Assembly (NCBI GenBank): GCA_016928995.1
Contig: JAFGJS010000030.1
Coordinates: 37,776-101,775, forward strand
Direction of reading: 5' to 3'
DNA length: 64,000 nt
DNA from: Candidatus Sumerlaeota bacterium
GTDB taxonomy: Bacteria; Sumerlaeota; Sumerlaeia; JAFGJS01
Every line of letters begins with the position of its first letter. Positions within the stretch are counted from its first letter, which is position 1. The notes beneath the pieces were generated by a model. That model ran no database searches, had not been told where the DNA came from, and saw nothing but the letters and a program-made list of their open reading frames with translations. Below, piece after piece: positions 49,050-59,450 of the stretch. A program made the translations under genes and the position numbers.

Positions 49050-51090
49050 TTTCGATTTCGTTCCATTGGAATTCGAAGAGTTTCGATCGTCCTGGAGCCG
49101 GACGGCGTGGCGAATCGCTTTGGCGCTTGCCGCCTTTGGGCTGCTGGCGACCAGTTTGTCTTACGCGTTGAATCCGCGAAGCGCCGTTCCGCTGCATTTG
49201 CATCTCCCGGCGCCATACAGTCTGATTATATTCACAGGATGCTTTTTTCTCGGTTTGGCTTCCCGGCGGTTGTTGACCGACGCGCTGCTCTTGATCGCGC
49301 CGCTGGCGGTTATGCCGTTGTATTCGATGACTGAGTTGGGTTTGCGCGCGGGGCTGGCCGGTCTGTTGCTGCGCGCGGCATGGCGTCCGCGCATGCTAAA
49401 GTCTTCCTGTGCGCTGACGCCCGCGTTGCTTTTCATGTGCGGCGTGACGCTGTTTTCTCTAGTTTTTAACCTGATTCAAACCAGCGGTTTCTTCAACGGA
49501 TATCTTTGGCGCATGATCGCGCATTGCTCGGGCTGCAGCGTGGAACTGATGCAGGATTGCACGGAGAACGGTTTCACGACGGTGTTTGCCATGATCAACG
49601 CCACAGCCGTGTTTCATTTGGCGCTGTTTCGCGCGCAGGAGGGGGGCTTGCGCCGGATGATCGCCGCTTTGCTCATTGGCGCGCTCGGGGCCAGCGGTTT
49701 CGCGATCCTGCAATATTTTTTTCCCGTGGGACTGGTTGAATTTTACAGCGTGTCGGATCAAACGACACGAGTGAACGGCACGTTTACCGATCCGAATACA
49801 CTGGGCACTTACTTGACACTGACAGCGGGGATTGGCGCGGCGAGCTGGTTCGGGCGCGGCGCGCTTGGTCCGCGCAAGCTGGGCGGCGCCGTGTTCATCG
49901 TCTCCGCAATCGCTGTGATCCTGACACGCAGCGACATCGCCTGGCTGGGGATGCTGCTGCTTATCGGTTGGATCGTGCTTTGGAGCTTTGTCAGCGCCGC
50001 CGGGCTGACCGTTTGGTTGCGCCGCCGCCGGATTCCGCTGCTGGCCGGCGTGATTCTGGCGTTTTTCGCGTGCTGGGCGCTGATCATGCAGATCAATGTG
50101 ACTGGCGACAATTTTTACACTGTGCTGGACTGGATGTATCAGGACAATTTCATCACGCGGCTGTTCCGCGGACGATTCGCCATTTGGCGGCGTTGTCTGA
50201 TGCTGATCGATCTGCATCCGTTTTGGGGCGTGCAGACGGGAAGGTTGTACATGGCGATTTCCGCGATGTGGGCGCCGGTGGCGAGCGAGTGGAATCCCAT
50301 CTCCGAAAATGCGCACAATCAATTTCTGCAATACTGCACTGAACTCGGTCCGCTGGGCGGCCTGGGCGCTTTGCTGCTTTTCGTGTTGCCGTTCTGGCGC
50401 TTGATTCAACTCATGAGCGCCGAATCAGGGCCGCGGCGCATGGGATTCATCGCGCTGGGCGGCGGGTGGCTTGGATGCTGTCTGACGATGACCACCGGTC
50501 ATCCGCTGATTGTCCGCGAAATGTTGTATGTTTTCGCGGCGGCCACGGCGTTGTTGTATTTACCCATCGAAGCGGACACGGGCGCGGCGCGGGAATCGGC
50601 CTTTCGCAAGATCGATCCCTGGCTGCCCGCCTGGGTTGCGTTGCTGCTGCTGCTGATTCCCCTGTCGGTCGATGCGTCGCGTTATACGGATTTCAGCGCT
50701 CAACTTTACGGCGCTTCGTGCTATGCGGATTATGATCAGCACATTCTCCGCGCTTGGCCCATGGACCGCGAGGTGCATATCCGCGGCTATAAGACCACGC
50801 CGTTGGTTCGTCTGGAAATCTTGCCGAAACTGGCCAGCCCCGAAGAGCCGCTGAACGTCACAGTTCGCATCGGCGATCAGGAATGGAAGGAGGAATTAAG
50901 CGGCGGCGGATGGCGCACTTTAGATTGCCCGCTTTCGCGGAGCGTAATGGGCAAGCCGCTGGAGATGACCATCGCTTTTGACCGATATTACTACGAGAAA
51001 AACGCCGATGGCGACCGTTCGGAATACGCCCCATACTACGCCGAGTTGCAGCGCATATTTCAAAATTTCAATTTTGAATCCCAGCCCTGA
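49039..51090 (+). CDS. O-antigen ligase-like (Wzy_C) membrane protein with a C-terminal soluble domain
   Basis: RVNGTFTDPNTLG, R..IW, HPFWG and NAHNQFLQ motifs. Confidence 0.8.
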   Translation: MNPDFDFVPLEFEEFRSSWSRTAWRIALALAAFGLLATSLSYALNPRSAVPLHLHLPAPYSLIIFTGCFFLGLASRRLLTDALLLIAPLAVMPLYSMTELGLRAGLAGLLLRAAWRPRMLKSSCALTPALLFMCGVTLFSLVFNLIQTSGFFNGYLWRMIAHCSGCSVELMQDCTENGFTTVFAMINATAVFHLALFRAQEGGLRRMIAALLIGALGASGFAILQYFFPVGLVEFYSVSDQTTRVNGTFTDPNTLGTYLTLTAGIGAASWFGRGALGPRKLGGAVFIVSAIAVILTRSDIAWLGMLLLIGWIVLWSFVSAAGLTVWLRRRRIPLLAGVILAFFACWALIMQINVTGDNFYTVLDWMYQDNFITRLFRGRFAIWRRCLMLIDLHPFWGVQTGRLYMAISAMWAPVASEWNPISENAHNQFLQYCTELGPLGGLGALLLFVLPFWRLIQLMSAESGPRRMGFIALGGGWLGCCLTMTTGHPLIVREMLYVFAAATALLYLPIEADTGAARESAFRKIDPWLPAWVALLLLLIPLSVDASRYTDFSAQLYGASCYADYDQHILRAWPMDREVHIRGYKTTPLVRLEILPKLASPEEPLNVTVRIGDQEWKEELSGGGWRTLDCPLSRSVMGKPLEMTIAFDRYYYEKNADGDRSEYAPYYAELQRIFQNFNFESQP

Positions 51091-51182
51091 GCGTCTTCGT
51101 TCCAGCCCGTCTTCTTCATTGATGACCGATTTCGGGGCAAAACCGCCGTACGGCCGAATTGCCCTTTGGTTGTTAATAGCCA

Positions 51183-51211
51183 TTGACATTCAAGGTTTGT
51201 GGCGGCATATT
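51183..51211 (+). promoter_or_regulatory. Putative sigma70 promoter TTGACA-N17-CATATT for ftsQAZ
   Basis: Perfect -35 box with 17-nt spacing. Confidence 0.55.
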
Positions 51212-51277
51212 TTAATATTAATGGCTGCGTTGGCGGCCTTATACGAGCGACAGATCCTGTTGATTTCGTTCTAGCGA

Positions 51278-52153
51278 ATGCTCACGGTGCCGTTGATGAC
51301 GTTGAATGATCGCACGCCTCCCAAACGGAGAAAACGCAGGCGGCCTTCCCGTCTGCGCCGGTCAGGAATGCGCTTGCACGAGCGTATTTTCGCCTGTTTT
51401 CGCTTTCTATTCAAAGCCGCTGTGATCTGCGCCGTGTTGGGCGTGGCGGGAGTTTTTGGCGCTCAGCTTTACGCTTATTTGTTCCGCTCGGAGCGATTTC
51501 TGCTGCGCAAGGTGGAGTTTTCCGGTGTGAATCTCCGCATTGAGCGCGAGCTGATACGTCTGAGCGAGTTGGATCTGGCGCAGGCGCCGCCCAACCTGAT
51601 TTTATTGCGTAAATCCGAGCTCTCTCGGCTGTTGCTGCAACATCCCCGCGTCAAGTCGGTGGAACTGCACAAGAGCCTGCCCGACTCCTTGCATGTGAAA
51701 GTGCAGCTGCGTCAACCCGTGGCCGTGGTGATGGGCGATGCATTGTATTTGCTGGATCGTGAGGCGATGGTGATCGGACTGCTGCTGCCGGACGAGTCGC
51801 GGTATTACGATCTGCCATACATCACTGGTCTGCATCACAGCCAGGTGGCGCTTGGTGAGACGATCCAGCATGAATCGTTGAATTGGACGCTGGCGGCGAT
51901 CGATCAGCTCTCGCGCGTCAATCCTGCGTTGTTGAAGCGGTTTTCCGAGTTTTCATTCGAGCGCGGCGGCGTGATCACCGCGCGGTTGAAAGGCGGGTTG
52001 AAGGTGCTCTTCGGCCATCAGCCGCCGTTGGAAAAAATCGTCGCGCTGGAGCTCTTCCTGGAGAAATATCAGGCGGAAGCGAAGGATAGCAGCTACGTGG
52101 ATTTGCGCTTCGACAATCAGATCGTCTATTTGCCCAAGTCCGCGCAGCCCTGA
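51278..52153 (+). CDS. ftsQ: Cell division protein FtsQ/DivIB
   Basis: Basic N-tail, single TM, POTRA-like region (HPRVKSV..LPDSL) and YVDLRF; lies upstream of ftsA. Confidence 0.88.
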   Translation: MLTVPLMTLNDRTPPKRRKRRRPSRLRRSGMRLHERIFACFRFLFKAAVICAVLGVAGVFGAQLYAYLFRSERFLLRKVEFSGVNLRIERELIRLSELDLAQAPPNLILLRKSELSRLLLQHPRVKSVELHKSLPDSLHVKVQLRQPVAVVMGDALYLLDREAMVIGLLLPDESRYYDLPYITGLHHSQVALGETIQHESLNWTLAAIDQLSRVNPALLKRFSEFSFERGGVITARLKGGLKVLFGHQPPLEKIVALELFLEKYQAEAKDSSYVDLRFDNQIVYLPKSAQP

Positions 52154-52265
52154 CGATATTCCTGAAGACGATGATGAAATAAACTGCGGCGTCCAATTTT
52201 TTGGGCGCCGGATCTGCGCCGGAAGACGCTAAACGAACCGGCGCGCTGGATCCTGAGCGACACGC

Positions 52266-53507
52266 ATGAGTCCGAGTTCCGCACATTCCGCCCCGATCGT
52301 CGCCGCGCTGGATATCGGCACGACGAAGATTTGCGCCATTATCGGATCGAGAGACGATGACGGTTCGATTCGCGTGCTGGGCATTGGCGCGCATCCCTCG
52401 AAGGGGCTGGCGCGGGGCATGGTCGTTGATTTCGACGAGGCCGTCGAGAGCATCGAGAAGGCGGTCAGCCACGCCGAGCAGATGGCCGGCTGCGTTGTAG
52501 AGGACGTCTATGTCGGCATCGCCGGCGGGCATATGGCCAGTTTCAACGCCGCGGCGGAAATTCAGATCGACAACGCCATGCGCGGAGTGGACGAGAAAGA
52601 CATCGAGGCTGTCGTGGAACTGGCCCGGCGATCGATCGATCTGCCGAAAAATCACGAGATCATCCAATGCTTCCGCGAGGAATACTTCTGCGACGGCGTG
52701 CCTATCGCCAATCCCGAAGATCGCAAATGCCACACTCTCCGGGTACGCTGCCATATCGTCACCGCCGCCGTGACTTCAGCCCAGAACATCGCGCACTGCG
52801 TGCAACTGGCCGGGCTGCGCGTGGCCGATTTGCTGGTGGAGAGCGTAGCCTCGGCGTATAGCGCGCTGAACGAAAACGAGAAAGAACTCGGCGTGCTGTT
52901 GATTGACATCGGCGGCGGCACGAGCGACCTGGCGGTGTATCAGGAGGGCAAAATCCGCCATTCCAGCTGCATCCCGTACGGCGGCGACGACATCACCAAC
53001 GACATCCGCAAGGCGCTGAAGATTTCGCGTTTTGACGCGGAGAACCTGAAGAAGAAATCCGGCTGTTCCTATGCGCGGATGGTGCAGGATGATGAGGAGG
53101 TGGAGGTCAATGAAATCTTCAAGGAAAAGCGCTGCAAGGTCCAGCGGCGTTTTCTGGCGCAGGTGATCCAGGCCCGCTGCCAGGAGATTCTGCAGCGCTG
53201 CCTCGACGACGTGCGCGCATCGGAGACGCCTTTCACGGAAATCAGCGGCGTGGTGCTGACGGGCGGCTCGTCGCTGCTGGGACGCCTGCCGGAACTGACC
53301 GAGCGGATGTGCGGATTGACCGTGAAAATCGGCCAGCCGCAGAATATTAAAGGCATGAGCAGCATCGTTTCCAGCCCGATTTACTCCACGGGAATCGGCT
53401 TGCTGGCCTATGGATTGAAAAACCCGCCAAACCGGGAGTTGACAGGACTGCAGTTGGTGGACAAAATAAAGCTGTTTTTCCGGCGTTTGATCAATTGGTA
53501 CGATTAA
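52266..53507 (+). CDS. ftsA: Cell division protein FtsA
   Basis: LDIGTTKI, IDIGGGTSD and VLTGGSS motifs; C-terminal amphipathic helix. Confidence 0.96.
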   Translation: MSPSSAHSAPIVAALDIGTTKICAIIGSRDDDGSIRVLGIGAHPSKGLARGMVVDFDEAVESIEKAVSHAEQMAGCVVEDVYVGIAGGHMASFNAAAEIQIDNAMRGVDEKDIEAVVELARRSIDLPKNHEIIQCFREEYFCDGVPIANPEDRKCHTLRVRCHIVTAAVTSAQNIAHCVQLAGLRVADLLVESVASAYSALNENEKELGVLLIDIGGGTSDLAVYQEGKIRHSSCIPYGGDDITNDIRKALKISRFDAENLKKKSGCSYARMVQDDEEVEVNEIFKEKRCKVQRRFLAQVIQARCQEILQRCLDDVRASETPFTEISGVVLTGGSSLLGRLPELTERMCGLTVKIGQPQNIKGMSSIVSSPIYSTGIGLLAYGLKNPPNRELTGLQLVDKIKLFFRRLINWYD

Positions 53508-53567
53508 CGGCCATTATTCTAAAAAGACCTCCATCCGGCGATCCGGTTGCGAGAGGGAGACAGTGTC

Positions 53568-54923
53568 ATGACGGACGTCCCGTTTGAAGTGGTCAGCGAC
53601 GAACCGCGCGCGGCGGTGATCAAGGTCATCGGCTCCGGCGGCGGCGGCTCCAACGCCGTGGACAGCATGATCAAGCACGGCATCGACTCCGTCGAGTATT
53701 TCGTGGTGAACACGGATGCGAAGGCGCTGAGCCGTTCGATGTGTCAGAACAAGATTCAGATCGGCGTGGAGATCACCAACGGTCTTGGCTCCGGCGGCGA
53801 TCCGGCCGTGGGCAAGACTTCCGCCGAGGCGGCCGAGAATCAGCTGCGCGAAGCGCTGGCCGGCGCCGACATGGTTTTCCTCACGGCCGGGTTGGGCGGC
53901 GGCACGGGCACGGGCGCGAGTCCGGTCATCGCGCGCATCGCCAAGGAGATCGGCGCGCTGACCGTTGCGATCATGACGAAGCCGTTTCGCTTTGAAGGTC
54001 CGCAGCGCATGCGCAGGGCGATGCAAGGCGTGGAGCAGCTACGGGAGTTCGTCGACACGCTGATCCTGATCAGCAACGACCGGCTGCTGGAAGTGATCGA
54101 CCGCTCGGCCACGCTGGTGGACGCGTTCAACATCGCCAACGGCGTGCTCTGCCAGGGCGTGCAGAGCATCAGCGACCTGATCAGCGAGCCGGGATTGATC
54201 AACGTGGATTTCGCCGACGTGCGCACGATCATGGGCGGCACGCATGGCGCCGTGATGGGCATCGGCGTCGGCCGCGGAGACGATCGCGCCGTGGAGGCTG
54301 TAAACAAAGCCTGCGCCAGTCCGCTGCTCGACAAGATTGTGATCGACGGCGCGCGCGGCGTGCTGATCAGCATCTGCGGCGGACCGGAACTCAAACTGCT
54401 CGAAGTCAACGAGGCCATGACGCTGGTCTACGAAAAGGCCGATCCCGAGGCGAACATCATCTTCGGCGCCGTGATCGATGAGAAAATGAAGGACGAGGTG
54501 CGCGTGACGATCATCGCCACGGGTTTCCTGGATGACGAAGCCGACGCCTTGCCCGGAAAATCGAAATACGCCGCGCCTCAAGCGCAAGCGAAATCCTCCG
54601 AGGTTCAGGACGAAGCGCCGCGACAGCCGCTGAAGTCCCCCACCTCTCCTGTCTCGCTGAAATCGAAACTGGAGTCGATGATCGGCAAAGAGGCTTCGCC
54701 GCAACCGAACGCCAAGGCTCGTCCGGAAGCTCCCAAAACAAAGGAAACCGATACATCCTCCGTTCCAACTCCGACGCCTTCCGATGTGAAAATCGGCACG
54801 GCGGAGATCGAGATGGATTTCACGGATGAGGATGAAGAGAGCCCGCAAGAATCCAAGCAGGCCTCGGACAATGAGGATCCGGACATCCCGGCTTATCTGC
54901 GCAACAAGGACCTACTGGACTGA
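53568..54923 (+). CDS. ftsZ: Cell division protein FtsZ
   Basis: GGGGSNAV, GLGGGTGTG, INVDFADV and C-terminal DIPAYLR. Confidence 0.98.
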   Translation: MTDVPFEVVSDEPRAAVIKVIGSGGGGSNAVDSMIKHGIDSVEYFVVNTDAKALSRSMCQNKIQIGVEITNGLGSGGDPAVGKTSAEAAENQLREALAGADMVFLTAGLGGGTGTGASPVIARIAKEIGALTVAIMTKPFRFEGPQRMRRAMQGVEQLREFVDTLILISNDRLLEVIDRSATLVDAFNIANGVLCQGVQSISDLISEPGLINVDFADVRTIMGGTHGAVMGIGVGRGDDRAVEAVNKACASPLLDKIVIDGARGVLISICGGPELKLLEVNEAMTLVYEKADPEANIIFGAVIDEKMKDEVRVTIIATGFLDDEADALPGKSKYAAPQAQAKSSEVQDEAPRQPLKSPTSPVSLKSKLESMIGKEASPQPNAKARPEAPKTKETDTSSVPTPTPSDVKIGTAEIEMDFTDEDEESPQESKQASDNEDPDIPAYLRNKDLLD

Positions 54924-54942
54924 CGCGTCGCTATGGAGCGAG

Positions 54943-57900
54943 ATGCTGCGGACACATTTCAATAAAGCGAAACATAAAAGAGCGCTTTTTACGCGGCTTG
55001 CTATCGCGCTCTTTCTGCCATTGCTGGCGGCTCATACGCTGGCGCTGGATTGGACCAGCGCCAGCGTTCGCACGTTCGAGGCGAATGGCGAGCTTTATGC
55101 ATACGTCACGCAGTACGGGGATTTTTTCCTTAAAGGAAAACTGCGTGAGTTTTCGGACGTGCCGGATACCCCGCCGGATGATTGTTTCGTTTTTTTTGAT
55201 TCATCTCCGCTCGCCGTCATCAATGCCGCCACGGGCGATTTATCGTTGCGGGGCAAGGTGATTCATCAACCCTATATTGTCGATAACCAGTCGTTGAAGT
55301 TAAAATACTATAATCGGGACAATGAGATTGTCGCGGCGTTCTCCGAACAGGGCGATCTGTACTTACGGGGGCATGTATTATGTGACAATGAATATCAGGA
55401 CAGCTCGTTATCTCCCGATGTGCTGTTCGCTCAACGATCCCTATCCGTGCGGCTTCGCTGCGAGAATCAAATCAATCCAGACTGTGTAGATCCAAATACT
55501 CTACCGCGCTTGTCATGGACGGTGGACTACAATCACCTCGTGCAGCCTGGCTTGAGCGACATCGTTCAAACCGGATATGAAATACGAGTCTATCACAATG
55601 CGATATTGATGGCGATGGACGGCCTTGGAGCGTTGGGCTTCAAATTAAATACATATCTTTATCAGCAGCGGAACGACGATACGTTTCAATCTGTTAATAT
55701 ACCATTGAACATCAACGAGTTGATTCCAGGAAAAAGATACTATTGGAAGGCGATTATTTCATATTCCGCCAAAATCAATGGCGCGCCAGTTAAGTTTCAA
55801 TTAGATAGTTATCAAAGCAATCTGTATTATACTGCACGCGAAAGCCGGGAATCCTGGTTCGAAACGGGATTGCAGCATAGTACAACATCAACGCTGACGG
55901 CTGATAATGACTGGTGCATCGGCGACAATGATCCGATTGAATGGCTTGGCGCCGCCAAGCCCAGCGACGAATTCAAGCGCATTGATCGCTTGGGCGTGAA
56001 GTCGGAATATTATGCGTTCAATGCGGATAAGGATGCCGATGATCCGGAGAATAAAGGTTATCCGCATTATTTCATTCTGGACATGGCCCGGCGGCAGGAC
56101 AGTATAAAAGAAATACATCTCTATCCTGCGCAGTGGTTTCGATACAAAGCCAATAAACTCCAACTCGAAAACGGCCGGCGTCACAAGGATTTTCTCAATC
56201 AGTATTTCCTGTTTCCCATAACGCATGACATGGATCAATCGGGCCATTTAAAGATACAATCGGCGCGCGATGAGACATCGTCCTTTAGGGTGGTCGGCGA
56301 TTATCAGGTCATCGCGCCGAACGAAAATCAGCCTTATGCCAAGATTGTATTTCAAGACGCCCTGGACGGCGTGCGATACATTAAATTGTCCTTCTGTAAA
56401 CTTGCCAAAGCCGGAGACGGAGCTTACGGAGTCGCATTCGCTGAGATTGAGGCGTATAAGCAGGGCGCTACGGCGACAAATCCTGCAGCATATGCCAAGA
56501 ACAATAATATATTATTGAATGAGAATGATGATCCATCCGGACCGATTGTTATTTGTTATTCCGGATTTTATAACCTTGATCCGGCTACGCCATCAGAGGC
56601 GGCGCAATACGATATTTCCCGGACGCAGTTTCCCTATCCGGCCCAATGGGATCCGCGAAACGCCAATGATGGAACGCGTATTACCACTGCATATCCCGGC
56701 GGATCGGTTGTGTTTAGAAGAAAGTTGCCGCCACCGGTCGATCCCGGCAGACAGTATTTATATATCTCTGCCTTAGGATTGTACGAGGCCTTTATTGTGC
56801 AGATGAATGAGGCGGGCGGAATTGATCACATCGTTCGGATCGGCGATAATCAATTGGCTCCGGAATGGACTGATTATAAATCGCGCGTTCAATATCAGAA
56901 ATACGATATAACCGGCATGTTGTCCGGAGAGAACGATTATATTTATGTGACGCTTGTGGATGGCTGGTATGCGGGGCTGCAAGGCCCGATGGAATGGCGC
57001 CGTAGTTACGGCGAGTCGCCGAAGTTTATTATGCAGATTCGTAATTATGATGAGAACAAAGATCTGGCGCCAGGCGCACCGTGGTGTATATCGCATAGCG
57101 GTTCTCGCAAGCTGGGCGACGAGTCAAGGGGCGCCTGGGAGGTCGCGTATAACGGGCCGATTCGCGCGTTTTGTCATTATCGCGGCGAGGTTTGGGACGA
57201 GGACAAGGCTGACTTCAATAACTTGATCTTTACGACAAACGGGATCGAATCCTGGCCGGTTACGGATGTCAATTCACGTGCGAAGCCGATCGTGAAAATG
57301 CAGCAGGAGTATCGCCATCGCGATGGCTTGGAATCAAATCCATATGATATTAATTATTTCGCTGAGGAAGATTTGCATCACTCTATATCGTTGCAACCAC
57401 AATCGTATCCGCCGATGAAATTCACGCAACTCATGACGCCGGTCCGTCCCGCCTGGCGGCAGGATGACGGCGCCTGGGTGTTTGACTTTGGGCAAAATAT
57501 CGTGGGACGGCCCAGAATGAGATACACTGTTCCGGCAAACACGTTTTCCGAAGTTGGCATCGTTTTCGCGGATTTCCTGAGTCAGGAGGGCGAGAAGAAT
57601 AAGATCTATCTTGCATGCAACAAAGGCAATTACGCGATGGATCTATGCAAGAAAGATAATTCGCAAGGCGCTGAACCTTATATCGTCGATTTTCAGCCGC
57701 GGTTTTCCCGGCATCCGTTTCGATACATGGCGGTGTATGGCTTGGAAGAGACGCCTGCCGCCGATCCAAACTTTATTATTGAAGCCTATGCGTTGCATAA
57801 CGCCCTTGAACGGACGATTGATTTCGAGTGCTCCTCGCGGGATCTTAATCAATTGATGCGCAATATCATGTGGACGCAACGAAACGCGCTGATGGGGATG

Positions 57901-59406
57901 GTCGCCGATTGCAGCAATCGGCAGGAGGCGCTGAGTTATGCGAATAACAATTTCATGCAGACGTCGATGTATAATATGAACATGGCGCCGCTTTACCGGA
58001 AAGTGTTGGGCGACTTTTTCGACACTCGCAGAGGGACCGAGTTTTCATTGTTCGCGCCAACGGTGTCGCGCAATCATTTCATGTGGAATTTTCACGGATG
58101 GTCGGATGGCGTGTTTGAAATCCCCTATTATTTATATGTTAATTATGGCGATGATGAAGCTATCCAAAGTGATAGTATTTTCGATGGATTCAGGGATTAT
58201 CTGGATCATGTATTAAGCGAGAATACAGGGCTGATTAGTTATAATGAAGATACGTTGTGGGACCCGGGGTATTATTATTCCCGGCATTTTTTCGCCAGCG
58301 ATTGGTTGAATGAATCATCGATATATACGACGCCATCCGTGAAAAACGGCTGGGGCGATCATCTCGGGCCGCCCACGAGCCAAAGCGCCACTGACTATGA
58401 ACTGACCGGGATGGCGTTCATCGCGGATGATTGCCGCAAAATGCACCTGATGGATTTGATTAAAAACGGGTCGCAGAGCCTTGAAGGCAGCGTTCGATTG
58501 CATGCGACGTATGGCGAGCTGTTTGAGCGCATAAAGGCCGTTTTTAAGCAATGGTACACGCCCGATTCAATCGCCAGCGGCCACGTGCGCAACAGCAAAA
58601 CGGATAACAGCCTTGTCCATACGCAAGGGGCGTATGCGCTGCCAGTGTTCTTGGGGCTGCTTGACGACGTTTCCGGGATTTATGCACTCCGGCTGGCGCA
58701 GATTATCATGAACTGCCGATATGACCCTGCGTTGAATCAACATCTGACCACGGGCAATCACGGCGCCTGGCGGACGATGCGCGTCCTTGGGGATTCCGGC
58801 CAGTTCGCCGCGGCTTATGCGGCGTTGTTTCAGCGCGGTTGTCCGGGGTGGCTGTATATGATCGATCAGGGCGCGACAACGGTTTGGGAGCGTTGGGATA
58901 CGATGCTGGAAGACCGGACAACGAGCGATTCCGGCTATCCGGTTCCCTTTGCGCGGCCGGTGATGAATTCCGCCAGTCATCCGATGTTTTGCGGCGTGGG
59001 CGAATTTATTTACCGTTATATCGGCGGATTGCATCCGGACGAGGAACTGATCAATGATAATGGCGAGTCGCGCAATGTTCAGGGGTATAAAGAGTTTATG
59101 GTGAAATTCAGGCCGTCCGTGGAGCATGGCCTGACTCGCGCGCGGACCGAATATCAATCGGCTCATGGGCGTATCGTGATTCAATGGGAGTTGCAGGGCG
59201 CGACGGATGACAGCGAGTTGCGCTTGAATGTCGCTGTTCCGCCGAATGCATCGGCGAAAATCTGCATGCCTGCTCCCGGCGGCGCCAATTATATCGTCAC
59301 GGATCAAGCGAAGCACCAATTCGCTTCTGGCGGTATGGATGAAGATTATCTGGAGTTTACGGTGGGATCTGGGCGTCACGAGTTTATCCGCGCGTTAGTT
59401 CCTTAG
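54943..59406 (+). CDS. Secreted GH78 alpha-L-rhamnosidase-like protein
   Basis: Signal peptide; YISALGLYE, LAPEWTDY, FDFGQNIVG and PGWLYMIDQGATTVWERWD motifs. Confidence 0.85.
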   Translation: MLRTHFNKAKHKRALFTRLAIALFLPLLAAHTLALDWTSASVRTFEANGELYAYVTQYGDFFLKGKLREFSDVPDTPPDDCFVFFDSSPLAVINAATGDLSLRGKVIHQPYIVDNQSLKLKYYNRDNEIVAAFSEQGDLYLRGHVLCDNEYQDSSLSPDVLFAQRSLSVRLRCENQINPDCVDPNTLPRLSWTVDYNHLVQPGLSDIVQTGYEIRVYHNAILMAMDGLGALGFKLNTYLYQQRNDDTFQSVNIPLNINELIPGKRYYWKAIISYSAKINGAPVKFQLDSYQSNLYYTARESRESWFETGLQHSTTSTLTADNDWCIGDNDPIEWLGAAKPSDEFKRIDRLGVKSEYYAFNADKDADDPENKGYPHYFILDMARRQDSIKEIHLYPAQWFRYKANKLQLENGRRHKDFLNQYFLFPITHDMDQSGHLKIQSARDETSSFRVVGDYQVIAPNENQPYAKIVFQDALDGVRYIKLSFCKLAKAGDGAYGVAFAEIEAYKQGATATNPAAYAKNNNILLNENDDPSGPIVICYSGFYNLDPATPSEAAQYDISRTQFPYPAQWDPRNANDGTRITTAYPGGSVVFRRKLPPPVDPGRQYLYISALGLYEAFIVQMNEAGGIDHIVRIGDNQLAPEWTDYKSRVQYQKYDITGMLSGENDYIYVTLVDGWYAGLQGPMEWRRSYGESPKFIMQIRNYDENKDLAPGAPWCISHSGSRKLGDESRGAWEVAYNGPIRAFCHYRGEVWDEDKADFNNLIFTTNGIESWPVTDVNSRAKPIVKMQQEYRHRDGLESNPYDINYFAEEDLHHSISLQPQSYPPMKFTQLMTPVRPAWRQDDGAWVFDFGQNIVGRPRMRYTVPANTFSEVGIVFADFLSQEGEKNKIYLACNKGNYAMDLCKKDNSQGAEPYIVDFQPRFSRHPFRYMAVYGLEETPAADPNFIIEAYALHNALERTIDFECSSRDLNQLMRNIMWTQRNALMGMVADCSNRQEALSYANNNFMQTSMYNMNMAPLYRKVLGDFFDTRRGTEFSLFAPTVSRNHFMWNFHGWSDGVFEIPYYLYVNYGDDEAIQSDSIFDGFRDYLDHVLSENTGLISYNEDTLWDPGYYYSRHFFASDWLNESSIYTTPSVKNGWGDHLGPPTSQSATDYELTGMAFIADDCRKMHLMDLIKNGSQSLEGSVRLHATYGELFERIKAVFKQWYTPDSIASGHVRNSKTDNSLVHTQGAYALPVFLGLLDDVSGIYALRLAQIIMNCRYDPALNQHLTTGNHGAWRTMRVLGDSGQFAAAYAALFQRGCPGWLYMIDQGATTVWERWDTMLEDRTTSDSGYPVPFARPVMNSASHPMFCGVGEFIYRYIGGLHPDEELINDNGESRNVQGYKEFMVKFRPSVEHGLTRARTEYQSAHGRIVIQWELQGATDDSELRLNVAVPPNASAKICMPAPGGANYIVTDQAKHQFASGGMDEDYLEFTVGSGRHEFIRALVP

Positions 59407-59450
59407 CATGAAAAGGCAGTGAAGGTTTTCATGCGCTTTGGCGCGTCAGC

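Noticed and set aside
52266..53507. Cys-rich FtsA (13 Cys)
   Set aside because: The Cys residues are scattered with no clear metal-binding motif, and other FtsA proteins also contain many Cys.
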